In this document: positions 38,726-42,871 of the stretch, in pieces | Position numbering within the stretch: position 1 is the stretch's first letter | Layout of the letters: every line of letters starts with the position of its first letter | Origin: Candidatus Phoenicimicrobium oleiphilum | GTDB lineage: Bacteria > Atribacterota > Phoenicimicrobiia > Phoenicimicrobiales > Phoenicimicrobiaceae | Reading direction: 5' to 3' | DNA length: 42,871 nucleotides | NCBI GenBank assembly: GCA_039638295.1 | Contig: JBDIWJ010000010.1 | Coordinates: forward strand, 1 to 42,871 | Program-made: the position numbers and the translations under genes | The notes under the pieces: model-generated | The model's input: the letters and a program-made list of their open reading frames with translations, nothing else | What the model was told of the DNA's origin: nothing | Databases searched by the model: none

Positions 38726-40013
38726 TTAAAATATCTAATTTGTAATCGGATAACCTCGATTATCTTCAATGTCTTGATCAATTTTCTGGACGGCTTTATC
38801 TAATTCAGTCTTGACATCTGCACCATTAACTATATTTTGTACAGCCTCGGCAAATGCAGAACTTATAGTTGGATAAGCCGGAGTTTCGGGTCTTGTAACC
38901 GCAACTCCACCTTCCAGTTGTTCAGTAAAAACTCTAAGTGCGCCATTTGGTCCATATAATTCTGAGTTAGCAAGAGCAGATTTGCGGGCAGGAACAGCGC
39001 CATTAGCGTTGGTCATGTGTAAGATCTGTTCTGAATTAATAAGATATTCAAGGAATTTCCAGGCAGCATCCGGATGCTTTGATTGAGAAGTTATCCCCCA
39101 ACACCAGGAACCCATACCGGTAACAGCTTTATCACCAAATTTGGGCATAGGAAGAAGCACTAAATTATCGCCTAATTCTTTACTATGGGGACCCCACATC
39201 CAATGACCTACAAAAGATAGGGCAGCAGTTTTTCTACCATAAAAGTCATCATCACCAGCAGGTTGAATATTAGCATATCCATTACTGAATAAACTTTGGA
39301 ACCAAGTCATTGCTTCCACTGCTTCTGGCCCATTAAGGACACCATCTGCTGATTGGAAATCGCTACGGTCAATTAAATCAGCGCCCCAACTCTGGATAAT
39401 CGGGGAAAAACCACAAGTATACCATTCGCCCTGGCCATAATTCATCTTAAAATCAATAGGATATTCTACCTCATCCAGAGCTTTCAATTTTTTTAGAGCT
39501 TCGTTAAATTCATCTAAATTCCAAGCATCTTTGATACTAGTAGGAATACGTACTCCTGCCTTTTTTAAATAAGCTTTGTTTCCCCAGATGGCTAAACCGG
39601 AATCAAAAGTCCCTAAAGCATATAACTTCCCACCATAAGTACCTTGCGCAATAATAGTAGGCAAAAAGTCATCTCTCAAATAATCGGATACATAATAATC
39701 TAAAGGAACCAAGTACCCGGCCCAGGCATAATTATAGACATAAGGACCATCGAAGTCTAATAAATCAGGCATATCACCTGCTAAGGCAGCACCGCTTACC
39801 TGTTCATTGTAAGAACCTTCAGGAAGCCTAACTGCTTTTACTATCACCTCATTCTGCATAGCATTAAAATCTTTTACCTGAGCATCAAGAACTTCTCGTT
39901 CCTCTCCCTTACCAGAATGAAACCAGACTTCAATAGTTACTGGTTCAGCTAAGGCTATTAGTGTAAAATTGGTTAAAAGTAACACAGTTAATAAAATTAA
40001 AGTAAACCATGAT

Positions 40014-41424
40014 GAGTCTGTGCTATAATTTCTGTAAAAGTGAAAAAAGTTAATCAAGATAACTTGAAATGGGCCATCAAGAGCCTCCATAATAATATAG
40101 ACAATAATCAAACATATTAAAAGGAGGACAAATTCAAGATGACCCAACTAAATAATAAATCAATACAAGCTATTTTGCAAGAAGAATTGGATAGGGATGG
40201 AGATTTTCTAAAAGAAGTGGTAAGGAGAATTATGCAACAACTGATGGAAGAAGAAAGAGATCAACAAGTGGGAGTATTATCTCACCAAAGGGACAATAAC
40301 AAGAGAAAGGCCAATAGAAACGGCTATAAGCCCCGTTCCTTCAATACCCGGGTAGGCAAACTATTGCTAGCCAAACCCCAGATAAGAGAGTTTTCTTTCC
40401 AGACCCAATTATTTGCAAATTATCAAAGAAGTGAGAAGGCGCAACTTTCTACTATCTGCCAGATGGTCACTGATGGGGTCTCCACCAACCGGGTAAAGAA
40501 GATTGTCGGTAAGTTATCCCCAGATCTTATCTATTCTAAATCTACCGTCAGTAGGATCACCCAGGAACTGGAACCCCAGATCAAATGCTGGCAGGAAGAG
40601 AAACTGAAAGACTATTACACCTATCTCTTTACCGATGCCGTATACTTTTATGTCCGGGAAAACTACCAGGTAGTCTCTTCTCCTTTACTCATTACCCTGG
40701 GTGTAGATAAAAATGGCCATCGTAAGATCCTGGGTGTTGATCTAGCCTTAGAGGAAAGCTATCAAAGCTACAAAAAGCACTTTGAGAAGCTCAAAGAAAG
40801 AGGGCTAAAACAGGTGGATTTGACCATCTCTGATGATCATAAAGGACTCATCAAGGCCCAACAGGAAGCATTCCCCCACACACCCCACCAGAGGTGTATC
40901 GGTCATTTTGTGCGTAATGTCCTATCTTATGTTCCCTATAAGGAGAAGAGGAAACTGGCCGATTACCTCAAACAGATCTTTAATTCTCCCAGTAGCAAGA
41001 TGGCTCAAGATATTGCCCAGTTGATTGCCCAAGAATACCAAACAAGTTATCCTAAAGTCAGTCGTATGTTGGAAGAAGAGCTGGAATTTACCCTGACTTA
41101 CCTAGACTATCCCCAACATCACTGGCGTAAAATCAGAACTACTAACTTAATTGAAGGGGTACTCAATAAAGATCTAAAACAACGCTCTAAAGTAATCGGT
41201 ATCTTCCCCAATAGCCAATCCTGTCTGCGCTATGTCTGTCTGCGTCTTATGGAGATTGATGAGGAATGGCAGACCGGCAGAAGATACATGAAGATAATTA
41301 AGGAGGATCAAGACTCGCAAGAAGATGATCCTCTATTATGTGAGATTAAACAAATAAAAGAAGGAGTCAAGACTAAGGAGGAATTGGTGGCAATTTGATT
41401 TTACAGAAAAATTGGGATTGACTC
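40014..41424 (+). mobile_element. IS256-family insertion sequence, 1411 bp
   Basis: 26-bp imperfect TIRs GAGTC-N10-TTTCTGTAAAA; 8-bp TSD ACCATGAT at 40006-40013 and 41425-41432. Confidence 0.95.
40139..41398 (+). CDS. IS256/Mutator-family DDE transposase
   Basis: RNGYKPR, GVSTNRV, TDAV, ISDDHKGL, QRCIGHF, IRTTNLIE. Confidence 0.95.
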   Translation: MTQLNNKSIQAILQEELDRDGDFLKEVVRRIMQQLMEEERDQQVGVLSHQRDNNKRKANRNGYKPRSFNTRVGKLLLAKPQIREFSFQTQLFANYQRSEKAQLSTICQMVTDGVSTNRVKKIVGKLSPDLIYSKSTVSRITQELEPQIKCWQEEKLKDYYTYLFTDAVYFYVRENYQVVSSPLLITLGVDKNGHRKILGVDLALEESYQSYKKHFEKLKERGLKQVDLTISDDHKGLIKAQQEAFPHTPHQRCIGHFVRNVLSYVPYKEKRKLADYLKQIFNSPSSKMAQDIAQLIAQEYQTSYPKVSRMLEEELEFTLTYLDYPQHHWRKIRTTNLIEGVLNKDLKQRSKVIGIFPNSQSCLRYVCLRLMEIDEEWQTGRRYMKIIKEDQDSQEDDPLLCEIKQIKEGVKTKEELVAI

Positions 41425-41508
41425 ACCATGATAATTTTTTCATTTTTTTTACTCTCCTTTTAATTAATTTATTTTGTAAACTTTAAACTCTTTTTTATCT
41501 ATTATAAT

Positions 41509-41626
41509 ATCACCCCCTTCTTTTATGAAATATCTTGTTTTTACTTACTAACACGATTTCTAATCAAAAACAACATTGACTGACTAATTAATACCAATGA
41601 TTTTTGCTCTCCTTTCACCCCCCTTT
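41509..41626 (-). promoter_or_regulatory. Two orphan Shine-Dalgarno motifs in the sugar-binding-protein leader
   Basis: GAAGGGGGTGAT (41520-41509) and AAAGGGGGGTGA (41626-41615). Confidence 0.45.
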
Positions 41627-41664
41627 AATATGAAGACGAATCTTTCACAAAATTCTAAAAGCCT

Positions 41665-42699
41665 TTATTCAGCACTTTCTCGACAAGATTTCCTTATAAT
41701 TAATTCAGCATCTAAGATATGATTTTCTTTTTGAGAATAATTTTTTATTTTACTTTGTATCTCTGCAATGAGTAATTCAGTCGCAAGTTTACCTATCTGA
41801 TTTGTGGGCTGTCTGATAGCGGTGATTGATGGATTAATTAGTTTAAACCATTTGGAATCATCGAAAGATAAAATTCCGATATCTTTTGGCACTTCATATT
41901 GAAGTTCTCTAACTGCCCTGAGGACTTGATGACATATATTATCATTCCCACATAAAATAGAATCTATTTCTTTATTTTGGTATAACCAGCTCTTGATGAT
42001 TTCCTTATTATCGCTGCCATTATATTGAATAAATTTTACATTTATCTTTTTTGAAGAATTATGCAGTTGAGCAGCCATTTTATAACCTAATAGTCGTTGT
42101 TCCATTGTATATACATTTGTCTGATAGGAAACAAAACCCACATTCATAAAACCATGATTAAACAGATGGTTCATAGCTTTTTTGGTAATTTCCATATTAT
42201 CGATACCAACAAAACATGCAGGAAGCCCATATACTTTCCTATCAATTTGAATAGCCTTAATTTTATGGGGAATTATTGAATCATAAACGCGAGTAGAATT
42301 ATTAACCGGTGCAAATATTAACCCTTCAATCCCATTTTGTATGAGCGCGTTAATATGTAATTGTTCTTTTAGCGGATCATCCTCAGAATCACATAAAATT
42401 ACACTATACCCTTCACTATGTGCGGTTAGTTCAATTGCTTTAACTACTTCTGCAAAAAAACTTTCTCTTATATCTGATATTATAACTCCAATTACCCGAA
42501 TTTTTTTTCCTCTTAATCCACGGGCAAATATATTAGGAGCATAGTTAAGTTTTTCAATTGCTTCAAGAACTCTATCGTGTGTTTCTTTGTCGACATGCCG
42601 TGTTTTATTGATAACATGAGAAACAGTCGATATCGAAACCCGGGCAAATTCCGCAACCTCTTTCATAGTTGATTTTTTTGAATTTTCGGGTAAAACCAT
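41665..42699 (-). CDS. LacI/GalR-family transcriptional regulator
   Basis: TMKEVAEFARVSISTVSHVIN, YAPNIFARGL, ITAIRQP. ATG 42699 follows AAGGGG. Confidence 0.95.
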   Translation of the reverse strand: MVLPENSKKSTMKEVAEFARVSISTVSHVINKTRHVDKETHDRVLEAIEKLNYAPNIFARGLRGKKIRVIGVIISDIRESFFAEVVKAIELTAHSEGYSVILCDSEDDPLKEQLHINALIQNGIEGLIFAPVNNSTRVYDSIIPHKIKAIQIDRKVYGLPACFVGIDNMEITKKAMNHLFNHGFMNVGFVSYQTNVYTMEQRLLGYKMAAQLHNSSKKINVKFIQYNGSDNKEIIKSWLYQNKEIDSILCGNDNICHQVLRAVRELQYEVPKDIGILSFDDSKWFKLINPSITAIRQPTNQIGKLATELLIAEIQSKIKNYSQKENHILDAELIIRKSCRESAE

Positions 42700-42725
42700 T
42701 AAAAGCCCCTTTTCTATAAAAATAT

Positions 42726-42779
42726 TGCGCAAACGTTTTTATTTGTTTAATTTTACCACTTTCAAAATATGTTTGTCAA
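42726..42779 (-). promoter_or_regulatory. LacI-gene promoter with LacI-type operator
   Basis: TTGACA (42779-42774), 18 bp, TAAAAT (42755-42750) preceded by TG; AAACGTTT palindrome core at 42731-42738. Confidence 0.6.
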
Positions 42780-42871
42780 GTCAACTTCGCCATTTAATTC
42801 AATTTAAACTCTCCTAAACCCTTACTGCAGTTGTTTTTTCCTTTTTTTTATCCCATATATATAGTGAAATG

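Larger units (their letters stand above)
38735..41443 (-). pseudogene. Sugar ABC substrate-binding protein interrupted by IS256 within its signal peptide (body 38735-40013, start 41425-41443)
   Basis: Removing 40014-41424 and one TSD copy restores ATG AAA AAA TTA TCA TGG TTT = MKKLSWFTLILL...ALA-EPV, preceded by AAGGAG. Confidence 0.9.

Noticed and set aside
38735..40147. Intact 470-aa binding protein as given in the ORF track
   Set aside because: The first 45 or so codons are IS256 sequence; the native start is at 41443.

Overview
AT-rich chromosomal window from an anaerobic, probably diderm bacterium. Gene content and style suggest Atribacterota/JS1-like, which is an inference only. Left to right it holds: an MMPL/RND + LolA-like + beta-barrel + TetR operon; a peptide-scavenging operon (oligopeptide ABC transporter, TldD/TldE, M42 peptidase); a DAK2-DegV fusion, nitroreductase, molybdopterin oxidoreductase and DUF4230-like gene; a heterodimeric ABC exporter; an Rrf2-led O2/NO defence cluster (superoxide reductase, Hrb, FprA, rubrerythrin, ferritin, CMD/AhpD); hypothetical genes, PEBP and a PfkB kinase; a CBS + ArsB/NhaD pair; and a LacI-linked sugar ABC locus whose binding-protein gene is split by an intact IS256-family element (8-bp TSD). 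The intergenic DNA is unusually structured. It carries at least four small repeat families: heptamer/octamer inverted tandem arrays, GTAG-type REP doublets, AGAACC(G/A)TCC palindromes abutting stop codons, and a 13-bp-TIR MITE-like unit. It also has orphan Shine-Dalgarno motifs and a gene remnant. No rRNA, tRNA or CRISPR array was found. All functional calls are motif-based, with no database search.
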